A DNA stretch of 64,000 bases from positions 19,187 through 83,186 of the forward strand of contig DASUEN010000083.1 in assembly GCA_036275055.1 (NCBI GenBank), given 5' to 3'. Each line of letters begins with the position of its first letter. The stretch's first letter is position 1. Both the position numbers and the translations under genes were made by a program. The notes under the pieces are model-generated. The model had not been told where the DNA came from and did no database searches. It saw only the letters and a program-made list of their open reading frames with translations. Shown here one piece after another: positions 46,978-56,519 of this stretch. Source of the stretch: Thermoanaerobaculia bacterium. Its GTDB lineage: Bacteria; Acidobacteriota; Thermoanaerobaculia; Multivoradales; UBA5704.

Positions 46978-48579
46978 ATGACGGCTCCCGCCGACTCCCG
47001 GGAGCGCAAGGCCCTGTTGGCGCTCGCCTTTGCCGCCTTCGCCTTCCGCTTCGCCCTTCTCCTGCTCCCCCGGGTGATCCGCTGGGACGAGCCGGTCTAC
47101 CTGCTGCTGGGAAGAAACCTCTGGAGCGGCCTGGGCTTCACCTTCAGCGGCCATCCCGAGCTCCATCACTCGCCGCTCTATCCCCTGCTGGCCGGCGCCA
47201 CCCTGAAGCTGACCGGCCGGCCGGAGGCGGCGAGCGACGTCTGGTACGTCCTTTTCGGATCGCTGCTGACGCTCCCCGTCTACGCCCTGGCGCGCCGCCT
47301 CACCACGCACGGCGGCGCCCTGCTGGCGGCGGCGCTGGTGGCCTTCTTCCCCGCCCTCACCGTCGCCGTCCTCTATTGGGGGACGATGACGGAGCCGCTG
47401 TTCCTGCTCCTCACCTGCGCGGCCGCCTGGCTCGTCGCCAAGGGCCTGGAGGGGGAGAGCGCCGCGGCCTTCGCCGCCGCCGGCTTGCTCACCGGGCTCG
47501 CCTACCTGGCGCGGCCGGAGGGGCTCCTCTGGATGGTCTCCCTGGAGGGGGCGGCGCTGGCGGTCTTCGCCTTGCGGCGGCGCCTGGGAGGGAGGAAACC
47601 CCTCTCCGCTCTCCTCGCGCTCCCCCTCGTCTTCCTGGCCGTGGCGGCACCGCAGCTCCTCTTCATTCATCGCCACACCGGGAGGTGGATGATCTCCGGC
47701 AAGCTCGGTATCACCTACGAGATCGGCCGCGCCGTGGAGAGCGGGGACCCGGTGCTCTACGACGAGATCGTCAACACCTTGGAAGCCGACGGCGAGATCC
47801 GCGCCGCTTCGGCGGCCCGCTACCAGCGGGGCGAGGCCGGCACGGCGGCGGTGAAAACGGCGGAGGCCTCCGGCCGCTTCCTGCACAACCTCGGGCACGT
47901 GCTCAAGAGCAGCCTCACCTCGGAGATCTTCTCCGCCCTGCTCCTGCTGCCCGCGGCCTGGTGGCTGCTGGCGGCACCGTGGAGCCGGCGGCGGCTGGAG
48001 GCGGAGCTCCTCGTCGCGGCCACCGTCGCGCCCGTGGCCTCGTTCCTCGCCTTCCACGTTCAGCAGCGGTTCTTCGCTCCCGCCTTCCCCGGCCTGCTGA
48101 TCTGGACGGCGGCGGGGCTCGCCGACTTCTTCCGCCGCCTGCCTCCCGGGGGCGGCCGGCGGCTGGCCGCGGCACTCGCGGCCTTGGCGCTCGCCGGCTA
48201 CTTCGCCTGGGCCGACGTGGCGATTGCACGCCACGGCATCGCCACCTCGGACTTCGGCCACGAGGCCGCGGGGCTATGGATCGCGGCCCACAGCGCACCG
48301 GAGGCGCGGATCATGACGCAGGACACGGCCATCGCCGTCTATGCCGGCCGCGGCTCCGTCTTCTCCCCGCGGGCGCCGCTCGAGCCCTTCCTGGCCTACG
48401 GCCGGCGCCACGGCGCCACCTACCTGGTGGTGGACGAAGAGGAAGTGACCGCCGTCCGCCCCTTCCTCCGCACGCTCCTGGGGGCGCCCCCTCCCGGCCT
48501 CGTGCCGTTGTGGACCGGCCGCGACGGCCACGTGGGGCGCACACTAGTCTTTGCGATCGGTCCAACGGAAATCCGATAA
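46978..48579 (+). CDS. Membrane glycosyltransferase of the ArnT/PMT (GT39/GT83-like) type
   Basis: RWDEPVYLLLGRNLWSGLGF and HHSPLYPLL near the N-terminus. Many TM helices, then a soluble C-terminal domain. Confidence 0.7.
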   Translation: MTAPADSRERKALLALAFAAFAFRFALLLLPRVIRWDEPVYLLLGRNLWSGLGFTFSGHPELHHSPLYPLLAGATLKLTGRPEAASDVWYVLFGSLLTLPVYALARRLTTHGGALLAAALVAFFPALTVAVLYWGTMTEPLFLLLTCAAAWLVAKGLEGESAAAFAAAGLLTGLAYLARPEGLLWMVSLEGAALAVFALRRRLGGRKPLSALLALPLVFLAVAAPQLLFIHRHTGRWMISGKLGITYEIGRAVESGDPVLYDEIVNTLEADGEIRAASAARYQRGEAGTAAVKTAEASGRFLHNLGHVLKSSLTSEIFSALLLLPAAWWLLAAPWSRRRLEAELLVAATVAPVASFLAFHVQQRFFAPAFPGLLIWTAAGLADFFRRLPPGGGRRLAAALAALALAGYFAWADVAIARHGIATSDFGHEAAGLWIAAHSAPEARIMTQDTAIAVYAGRGSVFSPRAPLEPFLAYGRRHGATYLVVDEEEVTAVRPFLRTLLGAPPPGLVPLWTGRDGHVGRTLVFAIGPTEIR

Positions 48580-48596
48580 TCCGCACTCCGGATACT

Positions 48597-48624
48597 TGCA
48601 GGGAGCACGAACTCGTGTAGAATG
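48597..48624 (+). promoter_or_regulatory. Candidate sigma70-type promoter of the 48693 gene
   Basis: TTGCAG (48597..48602), 16-nt spacer, TAGAAT (48619..48624). About 65 nt upstream of the ATG. Confidence 0.35.
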
Positions 48625-48692
48625 GCGCCAAAGCTTGTTCGTCGTAAGTGTGTGCGTGCGTTTAACCGTCCGTCTGTTTTAGGGGTCTCAGC

Positions 48693-50015
48693 ATGAGAAA
48701 GGTTTTGCTCAGCGTCAGCGTCCTGGCCTTGGGAGTGGTGACCGCGGCCGGAGCGGGAACGGTATACGTCCCCGTCGTCCAGCCGTCCGCGACGGACGGC
48801 CACCGTCTCCCCACCCATCTCTGGATCTCGAACCTCGGGACCTCAGAGGCCTCCTATCGCAGCTCCTTCCTGCCCGTGGGCGTGGACGGCACCGCCTTCA
48901 AGAGCATCGCCGAGTCCGCGCCGCAGAAAGTGGCCGTGGACCGCGTCCTCGCCCTCGACGACGCGGCCGAGAGCGGCCGGACCGGGCTCCTCGCCATCGA
49001 GGCCGACTCCGACCTCCAGGTGGACGCCTGGATCGAAACCCGCCACGGCCGGCAGACCCACATGGGCGGCGTTCCGGTCATCTCCGAGGCGAACCGCTTC
49101 GAGCCCGGCAGCGAGGCGTTCCTGAACGGCGTCACCCGGGTGCACACGGCCCAGCTCGCGCTGGTGAACCTCGGCGCCGATTCGACCGCCTGCGCGGTGG
49201 ACTTCGTGCGTGCCGACGGCACCCTGGCGGGCGGCAATGCCCAGGTGATGGTACCGGCCGTGTCGCTCGCCCTCTATGACGACGCCCTGGGGCTGCGGCA
49301 GATGAAGGAGGACGTGAGCGTCCGCGCCACCTGCGACCAGCCGTTCTTCGCCTTCGCCGTCGAGAACAACGCCAACAATTCCCGCGTCACCTTCATCTCG
49401 CCCGCCAACGCCGCAGGGCTGGGGGCGCTGCCCGCCGACGCCTCGGCGCCCATCGTCTTCGAGCGCCCCGGCCAGGTTCACACCGCCACGACCACCACCC
49501 CGAAGCTCAAGCTGGCGGTGCCCGTCACCGGCAAGCTCAACCTCGACCGGCTCGTGTGGGAGCTGGACATCACCGCCGGCCCGTGGAATGCGCGCCACCC
49601 CGAGTGTGCTCACAACATCGCCTTCTTCCATCGCGGAAAATTCCGCAGCAATTGCTTCAGCAATCTCAACGCCTTTGGCCCGAAGCGCTATTGGCTGAAG
49701 AACAACCAGAACATCGACCAACCGGCCGGCGCCAACACCAATGCCCGCATCGGCTTCAAGTTCGAGCAGGGGACGACCTACCACATCAGCTACGCCTTCG
49801 ATGCCATCAACAAGATGGTCCACATCATCGTCCAAGAGGGCGGCCACGACGTGGGGCACATCGACATGAAGGCCACGGCACAGAACCACATCCTCACCGT
49901 CCCCTCGACCGGCCTGGTGCTGGAGATGGGCAACCTCCTCAACCAAGTGGGATGCGAGGTCCCGAGCCTCGGCTGGACGTGGTCCAACCTCCGCCTGACG
50001 ATGTTCCCCCACTGA
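48693..50015 (+). CDS. Secreted hypothetical protein
   Basis: Signal peptide MRKVLLSVSVLALGVVTAAGAG. Coding-like GC3. No family recognised. Confidence 0.6.
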   Translation: MRKVLLSVSVLALGVVTAAGAGTVYVPVVQPSATDGHRLPTHLWISNLGTSEASYRSSFLPVGVDGTAFKSIAESAPQKVAVDRVLALDDAAESGRTGLLAIEADSDLQVDAWIETRHGRQTHMGGVPVISEANRFEPGSEAFLNGVTRVHTAQLALVNLGADSTACAVDFVRADGTLAGGNAQVMVPAVSLALYDDALGLRQMKEDVSVRATCDQPFFAFAVENNANNSRVTFISPANAAGLGALPADASAPIVFERPGQVHTATTTTPKLKLAVPVTGKLNLDRLVWELDITAGPWNARHPECAHNIAFFHRGKFRSNCFSNLNAFGPKRYWLKNNQNIDQPAGANTNARIGFKFEQGTTYHISYAFDAINKMVHIIVQEGGHDVGHIDMKATAQNHILTVPSTGLVLEMGNLLNQVGCEVPSLGWTWSNLRLTMFPH

Positions 50016-50044
50016 GCCCGCCTTCCCGCGGCTGAGGTGAGACC

Positions 50045-50069
50045 AACGGGCCGGCATTGCCGGCCCGTT
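50045..50069. terminator. Bidirectional hairpin between convergent genes
   Basis: AACGGGCCGGC, ATT, GCCGGCCCGTT (11-bp stem) between the stop at 50015 and the arcC stop at 50085. No clear U-tract. Confidence 0.45.
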
Positions 50070-50084
50070 GCCGTTGGGGGCGGG

Positions 50085-51035
50085 TCACGAATCGCCGTAC
50101 AGCTCGACGCCTGCCACTTCCGAGGTCACCAGCGTCCCGGCCTCGCCGCGGGTGATGCGGACGATGTCGGCCAGGGCACCGATGGCGGCGGTCTTGCCCG
50201 TGCGGGTGGCGAACTCGGTCGCCGCTTCCACCTTCGGCCCCATCGAGCCTTCGGCGAAGCCATAGCCGGCCAGCGCCGCGGGCGACACGCGGCGGATGGC
50301 GCGCTGCGTGGGTTTGCCCCAGTCGAGGTAGACGGCGTCCGCGTCCGTCGCCAGGATGAGGAGGTCCGCCGCCAGCTCCCGAGCCAGCAGGGCGCTCGCC
50401 CGGTCCTTGTCCACCACGCACTCGGCGCCATGGAGGGTGCGGTGCGGGCCGCGCGCCGGCTCGTACATGGTGGGGATACCGCCGCCGCCGGCGCAGATGA
50501 CGATGCACCCCTTCTCCAGCAGCCACTTCACGGGCCGGATCTGAAAGATCCGCTGCGGCAGCGGCGAGGCCACCACGCGGCGGAACCCGTTGCCGTCCGG
50601 CGCCATGGTCCACCCCTTCTCCGCCGCCAGGCGCTTGGCGTCCTCTTCGTCGTAGACGGGGCCGATGGGCTTGGTGGGATGCTGGAACGCCGGATCGGCA
50701 GGATCGACCTCCACCATCGAGAGGACGGTGGCGAAAGGTTGCTCGAACGGCAGGATGTTCCCCAGCTCCTGCTCGATCATGTAGCCGATCATCCCCTCCG
50801 TCTGCGCCCCCAGCACGTCCAGCGGATACGGCCCCACCTCTTCATAGGCCGCGCCCTGCAAGGCGAGGAGCCCCACCTGAGGGCCGTTGCCGTGGGAGAT
50901 CACGAGCTCGTGCTCGCGGCCCAAGGGCGCCAGGGCCTCCGCGGCGATGCGCACGTTGCGCCGCTGGTTTTCGGCCGTCATCTCCTCGTCCCGGCGCAAC
51001 AGGGCGTTGCCGCCCAGGGCTACCACGATTCGCAT
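50085..51035 (-). CDS. arcC: Carbamate kinase
   Basis: [33 protein letters not shown], and the typical C-terminus. Confidence 0.9.
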   Translation of the reverse strand: MRIVVALGGNALLRRDEEMTAENQRRNVRIAAEALAPLGREHELVISHGNGPQVGLLALQGAAYEEVGPYPLDVLGAQTEGMIGYMIEQELGNILPFEQPFATVLSMVEVDPADPAFQHPTKPIGPVYDEEDAKRLAAEKGWTMAPDGNGFRRVVASPLPQRIFQIRPVKWLLEKGCIVICAGGGGIPTMYEPARGPHRTLHGAECVVDKDRASALLARELAADLLILATDADAVYLDWGKPTQRAIRRVSPAALAGYGFAEGSMGPKVEAATEFATRTGKTAAIGALADIVRITRGEAGTLVTSEVAGVELYGDS

Positions 51036-51102
51036 AGCGATCCTCGTCCCGGGGGAGCCCGGGGAAAACGCGAAGTGTAGCGCGGGTTCGCCTCCGAGCG
51101 CC

Positions 51103-51325
51103 CCCGCCCAAGACCCTCATCACCCCGGCCCTCTTCTCCCGCCCCCTCGCCACCCCCCTCACCGGGAGAAGAGGGAGAACAGCCAAAGAAAGGACATCAA
51201 GGACGGCAAGGACAACAAGGACGAGGGAGAAAAGCAAGAACGGTTCGGCCGGGACCCCTTCTCCCGGTGAGGGGGGTGGCGAGGGGGCGGGAGAAGGGGC
51301 AGGGGATGAGGGTCTTGGGCGGGGG
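51103..51325. repeat. Composite palindromic element: two inverted arms of about 68 bp around a GGAC 9-mer array
   Basis: Left arm CCCCCGCCCAAGACCCTCATCACCCCGGCCCTCTTCTCCCGCCCCCTCGCCACCCCCCTCACCGGGAGAAG (51103..51171) is nearly the exact reverse complement of 51256..51325. The centre holds AAGGACATC AAGGACGGC AAGGACAAC AAGGACGAG. Confidence 0.85.
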
Positions 51326-51362
51326 AGCTCCCAGCAAAGCTAGCGTCTATGGCGCAGCGCGC

Positions 51363-51998
51363 TCACTCCGGATCGCTCAGATTGAACGTCACGGTCAGCG
51401 TGTAGTAAACCGCCACGATACGGCCGTTCAGGGTGGCGGGCTGGAAAGTCCAGCTCTGGACCGCGTGGAGGGAGGCCTGGTCGAGCCCCAGCGGCAGGCC
51501 CTTCAAGACCCTCGGCTGGCGCGCACACCCCTCCTGATCGATGACGGCTTCGATGATCACGGTGCCCTGTAGCCTGGCCCTGCGCGCCACGGCGGTGTAG
51601 GGGTGACTGGGCTTGCCGATCAGCTCGGGGCGCTGGACGCCCCCACCCACCCGGAGCGCATTCTCGATCCCCGGCAGCTCCTCGCCCGGAAAGAAAGCGC
51701 GGGAGAGACAGAGGACCTGCCGGGCGGCATCCCGTTCCGCAGCCGGATGCTTTTCGGCGAGGAACCTGCGCGTGGTCCCGATGGCCCGGCGCAGGACCTT
51801 CTCCTTCAATCCAGAGTTTCTCAGGGAAGGTCCCGTCTGCACCACGACCCGCTGGAGATTCGCGGCGGCCGCCGCGAATCGGCCACGGGCGAGCGCCTGA
51901 TAGATGCGGTCGAGATCGGCCGGCCCCGGCGCGGCGGGGGCCGGTGTCGCGAAGAGGCACAACCCGGAGCAGAGCGCGAAAAGGATCCGTTCGATCAC
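51363..51998 (-). CDS. TonB C-terminal domain protein
   Basis: N-terminal signal/lipobox-like LFALCSGLCLFA. C-terminal YTAVARRARLQGTVIIEAVIDQEGC...LDQASLHAVQSWTFQPATLNGRIVAVYYTLTVTF. Confidence 0.7.
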   Translation of the reverse strand: MIERILFALCSGLCLFATPAPAAPGPADLDRIYQALARGRFAAAAANLQRVVVQTGPSLRNSGLKEKVLRRAIGTTRRFLAEKHPAAERDAARQVLCLSRAFFPGEELPGIENALRVGGGVQRPELIGKPSHPYTAVARRARLQGTVIIEAVIDQEGCARQPRVLKGLPLGLDQASLHAVQSWTFQPATLNGRIVAVYYTLTVTFNLSDPE

Positions 51999-52002
51999 GT
52001 TC

Positions 52003-52680
52003 CTACCCCCGCTCCCGCTCCAGGAAGTAATCCATCAGCTCCGAAGACGAGCTCTCCATCTCCACCCCCAGGTGCTGAACGCGCTGGCTGATGAAGTTGA
52101 ACATCCACGCCGCAGGCACCGCCACCACGAGGCCCAGGGCCGTGGTCAAGAGCGCCTCGGCGATCCCCTGGGAAATGGTGGCGAAGCCGCCCTGGCCGCC
52201 GGTGGCGGCGATGTCCTTGAAAGCGTGGACGATGCCGACGACGGTGCCGAAGAGGCCGATGAAGGGCGCGGTGGTGGCGATCGTTGCCAGGCTCCCCACG
52301 CCGCGGTTGAGCTCGGCCGTGGTCTGGAGGGCCGTGCGCGCCAGGGCGCGGGCCGTGGCTTCGATCACCTCGGCGGCGGTCAATCCCCGGGAGCTCTTTT
52401 GCTGAAAGGTCGAGAGCCCCGCGGCCACCACCCGGGCGACGTGACTGTGGGGAAAGCGGCGGGCGGCTTCGATGGCCGTCTGCGCCCGGCCGCCTTCGGC
52501 GAGGTGGGGAGAGACGGCCCGCGCGAAGGCGATCGACTGCCGGCGCGCCCGGGCCAGCACGAACAGCCGTTCCATGGAAACGCCGAGCGACCAGACGGAG
52601 AGAAGGACCAGGATGGCGATCACCACGAAACCGGTGACGCTGATTTTCCCGGCGAGGTCGAGGACTGCGGAACCGTTCAC
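52003..52680 (-). CDS. MotA/TolQ/ExbB proton-channel protein
   Basis: Only the last 225 codons of ORF 52003..54171 are accepted. The GTG start at 52680 lies 9 nt after AAAGGAG. LATIATTAPFIGLFGTVVGIVHAF and GIAEALLTTALGLVVAVPA are ExbB/TolQ signatures. Confidence 0.8.
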   Translation of the reverse strand: MNGSAVLDLAGKISVTGFVVIAILVLLSVWSLGVSMERLFVLARARRQSIAFARAVSPHLAEGGRAQTAIEAARRFPHSHVARVVAAGLSTFQQKSSRGLTAAEVIEATARALARTALQTTAELNRGVGSLATIATTAPFIGLFGTVVGIVHAFKDIAATGGQGGFATISQGIAEALLTTALGLVVAVPAAWMFNFISQRVQHLGVEMESSSSELMDYFLERERG

Positions 52681-52938
52681 GAGACTGCGCTCCTTTCCCG
52701 CCCCGAGGGGGCACGAAATCCAAACGAGGATCTCGAACCGGGCCCGCCGGCACCGGCTCGGGCCCTGCGTACTGGGTTGGGAGCGCTCCCCAACAGGATT
52801 AGAGGGAGGGAGGGGGGATTTGGTTCCTGCCGGCGACGCTCGGCTCGCCTGTTTCTCCGGATGGCTCGCGGCGAAGCCGGTGCCCCCGCCGGCATAGCCG
52901 CCGGTGGTTCCCACGAAGGCGTAGTGCTCTACTGGGGC

Positions 52939-53180
52939 GGGAGAAGAGGGAGAACAGCCAAGGAGGGACGACAGGGACAGTAGGGACAACAGGGACGAGG
53001 GAGAAAGGCAAAGCCGCCTCAGCCGGCTAACCCTCTCCCCGGCGAGGGGAATAGCGGGGGTCGGGAGAGGGGCAGGGGTGAGGTCTTGGAAGGGGCGCCC
53101 CAGATACAGGCCTCTTGCTTGTTCTCCTCGTCCCTGCTGTCCCTGTCGTCCCTGTCGTCCCTTCCTGGCTGTTCTCCCGG
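52939..53180. repeat. Composite element: forward GGGAC-array module, GGGAGAGGG hairpin module, reverse GGGAC-array module
   Basis: 52939..53012 reads GGGAGAAGAGGGAGAACAGCCAAGGAGGGACGACAGGGACAGTAGGGACAACAGGGACGAGGGAGAAAGGCAAAG. 53031..53089 reads CCCTCTCCCCGGCGAGGGG...GGGAGAGGGGCAGGGGTGAGGTCTTGG, related to the arms at 51256..51325. 53111..53180 is the reverse complement of the array module. Confidence 0.85.
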
Positions 53181-53216
53181 TCGGGGGGAGTAATGAGGGC
53201 TGGAGAGGCCATGACC

Positions 53217-54143
53217 TCACCGCGACCGGTGCTGAACGAACACCGCCAGCTCGCGAAGGGGGTCGGCTTTCCTGCCCAGCGGCGCCAGGGAATCCACGGC
53301 GAAACCCAGCAGCTCGGCGGCGAGGGATTGGGCGCCGTCGACGCCGAGGAGGCGGACGAAGGTGACCTTCCCTTCGTCTTTCCCCGTGTCTTTGCCCGTG
53401 GCCTCCGGCGTGCTGAGGACGTCCAGCAGGTCGTCCGCGATCTGAAAGGCCAGCCCCAGGTTCTTGGCGTAGCGCGCGATCACTTCGAGGTCCCGCCGTT
53501 TTGCGTCCGCGGCCATGGCCCCCAGCTCGCCGGCGGCCATGAACAGGGCGCCCGTCTTGTGGCTGTGGATGTACTCCAGCACGTCGAGATCCATCTCTTC
53601 CGGCTTCGCGAGGAGATCCAGAGCCTGGCCGCCGATCAGGCCGTCGCTGCCGATGGCCGCCGCCAGGTGATGGACTACGTCCTCGGTGGTGTAGCGGCGG
53701 AGCGAGAGACGATGGGCGGCCTCGGCCACCAGGGCGTAGGCGCGGTTGAGCAGGCCGAGGGCGGCGAGCAGGGCCACGCTCTCGCCGAACGCCCGGTGGA
53801 CCGTGGGGCGCCCCCGGCGCAAGGCCGCGTCGTCCATCGCCGGGAGGTCGTCCAGCACCAGCGAGCAGGCGTGGACCATCTCGACGGCGCAGGCGAGGTC
53901 CAGCACGGGCTCGGAGCGGACGCCGAAGAGGTCGGCCACGGCGAGGGTGAGCACCGGGCGCACCCGCTTGCCCGCGCCGGTCAGGGCGTAGTGCATGGCC
54001 CTGTGCACGGGCTCGGGCCGCGCGGCGGGGGGTGGCAGGAGGTCGGGAAGGCGGCGATGGACCCGCTCGGCCCAGGCCGCCAGCCGGCCGCCCAAGGCCG
54101 CCGGCGCCGCTGCAGGAGGAGATGGGAGCGGACCGGCGCTCAT
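53217..54143 (-). CDS. Polyprenyl diphosphate synthase (FPP/GGPP synthase type)
   Basis: First DDxxD region LVLDDLPAMDDAALRRGRP, second FQIADDLLD. Confidence 0.85.
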   Translation of the reverse strand: MSAGPLPSPPAAAPAALGGRLAAWAERVHRRLPDLLPPPAARPEPVHRAMHYALTGAGKRVRPVLTLAVADLFGVRSEPVLDLACAVEMVHACSLVLDDLPAMDDAALRRGRPTVHRAFGESVALLAALGLLNRAYALVAEAAHRLSLRRYTTEDVVHHLAAAIGSDGLIGGQALDLLAKPEEMDLDVLEYIHSHKTGALFMAAGELGAMAADAKRRDLEVIARYAKNLGLAFQIADDLLDVLSTPEATGKDTGKDEGKVTFVRLLGVDGAQSLAAELLGFAVDSLAPLGRKADPLRELAVFVQHRSR

Positions 54144-54167
54144 ACGGCCCGGTCCAGGTCTCCGGCC

Positions 54168-54506
54168 TCAACTGAAGGAAGCGATACCCTCGGTTTCGCT
54201 GTCATAGACGTCGAACACGGTGATGAGCTGGGTGATGGTGAGGATGTCCGCCACCTTGGGCGGCAGGTTGATGAGCTTCAGCTTGGCTCCCCGGTTGCTC
54301 GCCGTGGTGTAGGCGCTCACCAGCTCGCCGATGCCGGACGAGTCGATGGTGGAGACGCCGCTCATGTTGATGAGGACCTTGGTGGCCCCGCCGTTGATCA
54401 CTTCCTGCACCGAGTTGCGCAACTGTACGTCACCCGAGCCGATGGTGATCTTGCCCTTGAGGTCCAGGATGGTCACGTCGCCGACCTGCCGCTTGCTCAC
54501 GTCCAT
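54168..54506 (-). CDS. STAS-domain anti-sigma-factor antagonist
   Basis: ILDLKGKITIGSGDVQLRNSV...VLINMSGVSTIDSSGIGELV...LKLINL. Confidence 0.85.
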   Translation of the reverse strand: MDVSKRQVGDVTILDLKGKITIGSGDVQLRNSVQEVINGGATKVLINMSGVSTIDSSGIGELVSAYTTASNRGAKLKLINLPPKVADILTITQLITVFDVYDSETEGIASFS

Positions 54507-54531
54507 GCTTCAGTTCCCTCCTCGAGTATCT

Positions 54532-55035
54532 TTAATCGCCGGGTTCCGTCTTCGGCCCGGTGTACCGCTTGCGCAGCGTCACCATGGTGCCCCCGCCGGG
54601 GCCGGAGCCGTAGAGGACGTCGTCCATGAAGCTGCGCATGTAAAAGATGCCGCGGCCATTGGGGCGCAGCAGGTTCTCCGGAGCCAACGGGTCGCCGAGC
54701 AGCGAAGGGTCGAACCCCACGCCCTCGTCCTCGACCCGGATCACCAGGTCGTCGCCCTCGACCGCAAGCTCGACCTGCACCTGCTTTTCGGGATCCTGCA
54801 GGTTGCCGTGCTTGATGGCGTTGGCCAGGGCCTCGCGCACCGCCACATCCACCCAATGCTGGGCATCGTCGTCCATGCCGATCCGCTGCAGGCAGTCCTT
54901 CAGCACCACCTGCACCAGCTCGATGTTCTCGAAGCGACTGCCGACGGCGAGATGGAAGCGATAGTCCACGGGCTCGACCCTCGGGGCCGAGTCTAGCAGA
55001 TCACCGGAGCCTTCCAGAGCGGATCCGTCGTTCAT
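54532..55035 (-). CDS. Anti-sigma regulatory factor, RsbW/SpoIIAB-type Ser kinase (HATPase_c)
   Basis: Start at ATG 55035 (MNDGSALEG). VREALANAIKHGN, LVIRVEDEGVGFD, GRGIFYMRSFMD. The rest of ORF 54532..55980 is antisense to the CPBP gene. Confidence 0.8.
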   Translation of the reverse strand: MNDGSALEGSGDLLDSAPRVEPVDYRFHLAVGSRFENIELVQVVLKDCLQRIGMDDDAQHWVDVAVREALANAIKHGNLQDPEKQVQVELAVEGDDLVIRVEDEGVGFDPSLLGDPLAPENLLRPNGRGIFYMRSFMDDVLYGSGPGGGTMVTLRKRYTGPKTEPGD

Positions 55036-56048
55036 AGGCAGCTCAGGAAAGCCGCCGCCTTGCCCGAGACCCCCTGGGTCAGCTTGAGGACGGCCGGCAC
55101 CACCACCAGGAGCTGGATGCCGTCGAACAGGGCGTGGGCGGTCATGGCGGCCCACAGGCTCTGCCGCCAGCGGACGAGGAAGGCGTAGATGAGCGACAGC
55201 AGGGTGACGCCCACCAGCAGGAACGGCTGGCCATACGAAAGATGGGCCAGGGCGAAGCAGGCGGTCGACAAGCCGATACCGACGCGCGGTTGCAGGAAAC
55301 CGCGAAAGAAGCTCTCCTCCACGATGCCGGCCGACAAGCTGATGGCGAGCCGCACCGCAAAAGGCAGGGCGGCGATGAGGGGGATGAGGGCCGGCGGCTG
55401 ATGGGGCACGGCGTCCTGGCCGCCGACGGCGATCAGGATGCCGGCGACGGCGAGGACCGCCGCGAGCACCGCCAGCCAGGCGCCGAGCCCGAGGGTGAGG
55501 CCGAGGCCGACCTCCTTCGGCACGTCCGGCGCCACGAACCCGAACTGGATCAGGAACTGCCGCCCCAGGGAGACCCGGGGCGGGGGCGGAGGAGGAGGTG
55601 CGGGCGGCTCCGGGAGGGGCTGAGCCGCCATCTCCTCCGCGCCTTCCGTACTTGCCGCGGGAATCTCCATTCCCTCCAGGGGGATGGGCACGGGCTCGAT
55701 CGGCGGCACCGGCTCCGCGGGCGCCTCCCGCGGTTTGGGCAGGCCGGCAAAGCCCAGCAGGAACCAGGACCCCATCACCGCCACCATGATCAGGTGGAGC
55801 TCGAAGAGCTGGAAGGTCTCGATCTTCGACAGGTTCGGCGGCTCGATCTTCAATCCCGCGAGCGCCGCGGCCAGGGGGAGGAACACCCCGGCGGCGAGGA
55901 AGCCGGCCACGATCGATCCTGCCAGCACCCGGCGCCATAGCTGGCGGAAGCCGGGCGGCAGCAGGCCGCGCACGGCGCACAGTCGGTCGAGGGCGAAGGC
56001 GGCGGCGAGCCCCAGGGCGGCGGCGATGGGTCCGGCCAGGTGGGCCAT
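55032..56048 (-). CDS. CPBP (CAAX/Abi) family intramembrane metalloprotease
   Basis: GIVEESFFRGFLQ (EExxxR), FALAHL, HALFDG. Multiple TM helices and a Pro-rich internal loop. Confidence 0.8.
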   Translation of the reverse strand: MAHLAGPIAAALGLAAAFALDRLCAVRGLLPPGFRQLWRRVLAGSIVAGFLAAGVFLPLAAALAGLKIEPPNLSKIETFQLFELHLIMVAVMGSWFLLGFAGLPKPREAPAEPVPPIEPVPIPLEGMEIPAASTEGAEEMAAQPLPEPPAPPPPPPPRVSLGRQFLIQFGFVAPDVPKEVGLGLTLGLGAWLAVLAAVLAVAGILIAVGGQDAVPHQPPALIPLIAALPFAVRLAISLSAGIVEESFFRGFLQPRVGIGLSTACFALAHLSYGQPFLLVGVTLLSLIYAFLVRWRQSLWAAMTAHALFDGIQLLVVVPAVLKLTQGVSGKAAAFLSCL

Positions 56049-56314
56049 CAGACCTTCTGCCTCTGCCGGTAGCTGCGCAGCATCTGGAGGGCGCTGTTGA
56101 GCCGCTGCATCCGCCGCTGGCGAAGCTGGACGGCCGGCAGGTCGTCGATGGCGGGCTGATCTCCCCGCAGCTCGCGCAAATGGCGGTCGAACTCGAAGGC
56201 GAGCTGGTCGAGGTCGCCGCGGGTCAGGGTCTTGAAGGTCCGCTCGGTCAACAGCAAGTACCCCTCCGCCACGTCCCGTGTCATTGCGTACGCGCTGCCC
56301 CCAGGGAACGGCAT
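56048..56314 (-). CDS. Small hypothetical protein, first gene of the CPBP/RsbW/STAS operon
   Basis: Its stop overlaps the CPBP start (TGATG junction). Helical, charged sequence. Start uncertain (56314 or 56284). Confidence 0.4.
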   Translation of the reverse strand: MPFPGGSAYAMTRDVAEGYLLLTERTFKTLTRGDLDQLAFEFDRHLRELRGDQPAIDDLPAVQLRQRRMQRLNSALQMLRSYRQRQKV

Positions 56315-56407
56315 AGGCCGGGGATGATACCCCGTGGGCGGGAAGATGACCAGGATGGGCCCAGCGGCGACCGGGATGACATAGCTAAATTCCTATTCGC
56401 TACTACG

Positions 56408-56437
56408 TTGACCCTCTTTCCCGCCGGCTGGTAGACT
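56408..56437 (+). promoter_or_regulatory. Candidate sigma70-type promoter of pilB
   Basis: TTGACC (56408..56413), 18-nt spacer, TAGACT (56432..56437). About 80 nt upstream of the ATG at 56520. Confidence 0.35.
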
Positions 56438-56519
56438 GCGCTACGGCTTCGCACAGGTTCGAGGGATATTTCTCCCGTTTTGCCGTAAGGGCCCCAAGCG
56501 GGCGCGAGAAGGGTAGCGC

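Noticed and set aside
50887-51270. ORF encoding ...KDIKDGKDNKDEGEKQE...
   Set aside because: The periodic Lys-Asp sequence is simply the translation of the AAGGACNNC 9-mer array. The ORF is otherwise antisense to arcC.
51103-53180. Possible CRISPR array
   Set aside because: The repeat units are only 9 nt with 3-nt variable positions and no spacers of phage-like length. There are no cas genes in the window.
52681-54171. N-terminal about 500 residues of the 722-aa ORF 52003..54171
   Set aside because: This part reads through the repeat element and antisense to the polyprenyl synthase and is Arg/Pro/Gly-rich. Only the ExbB-like last 225 codons, which have their own RBS and GTG, were kept.
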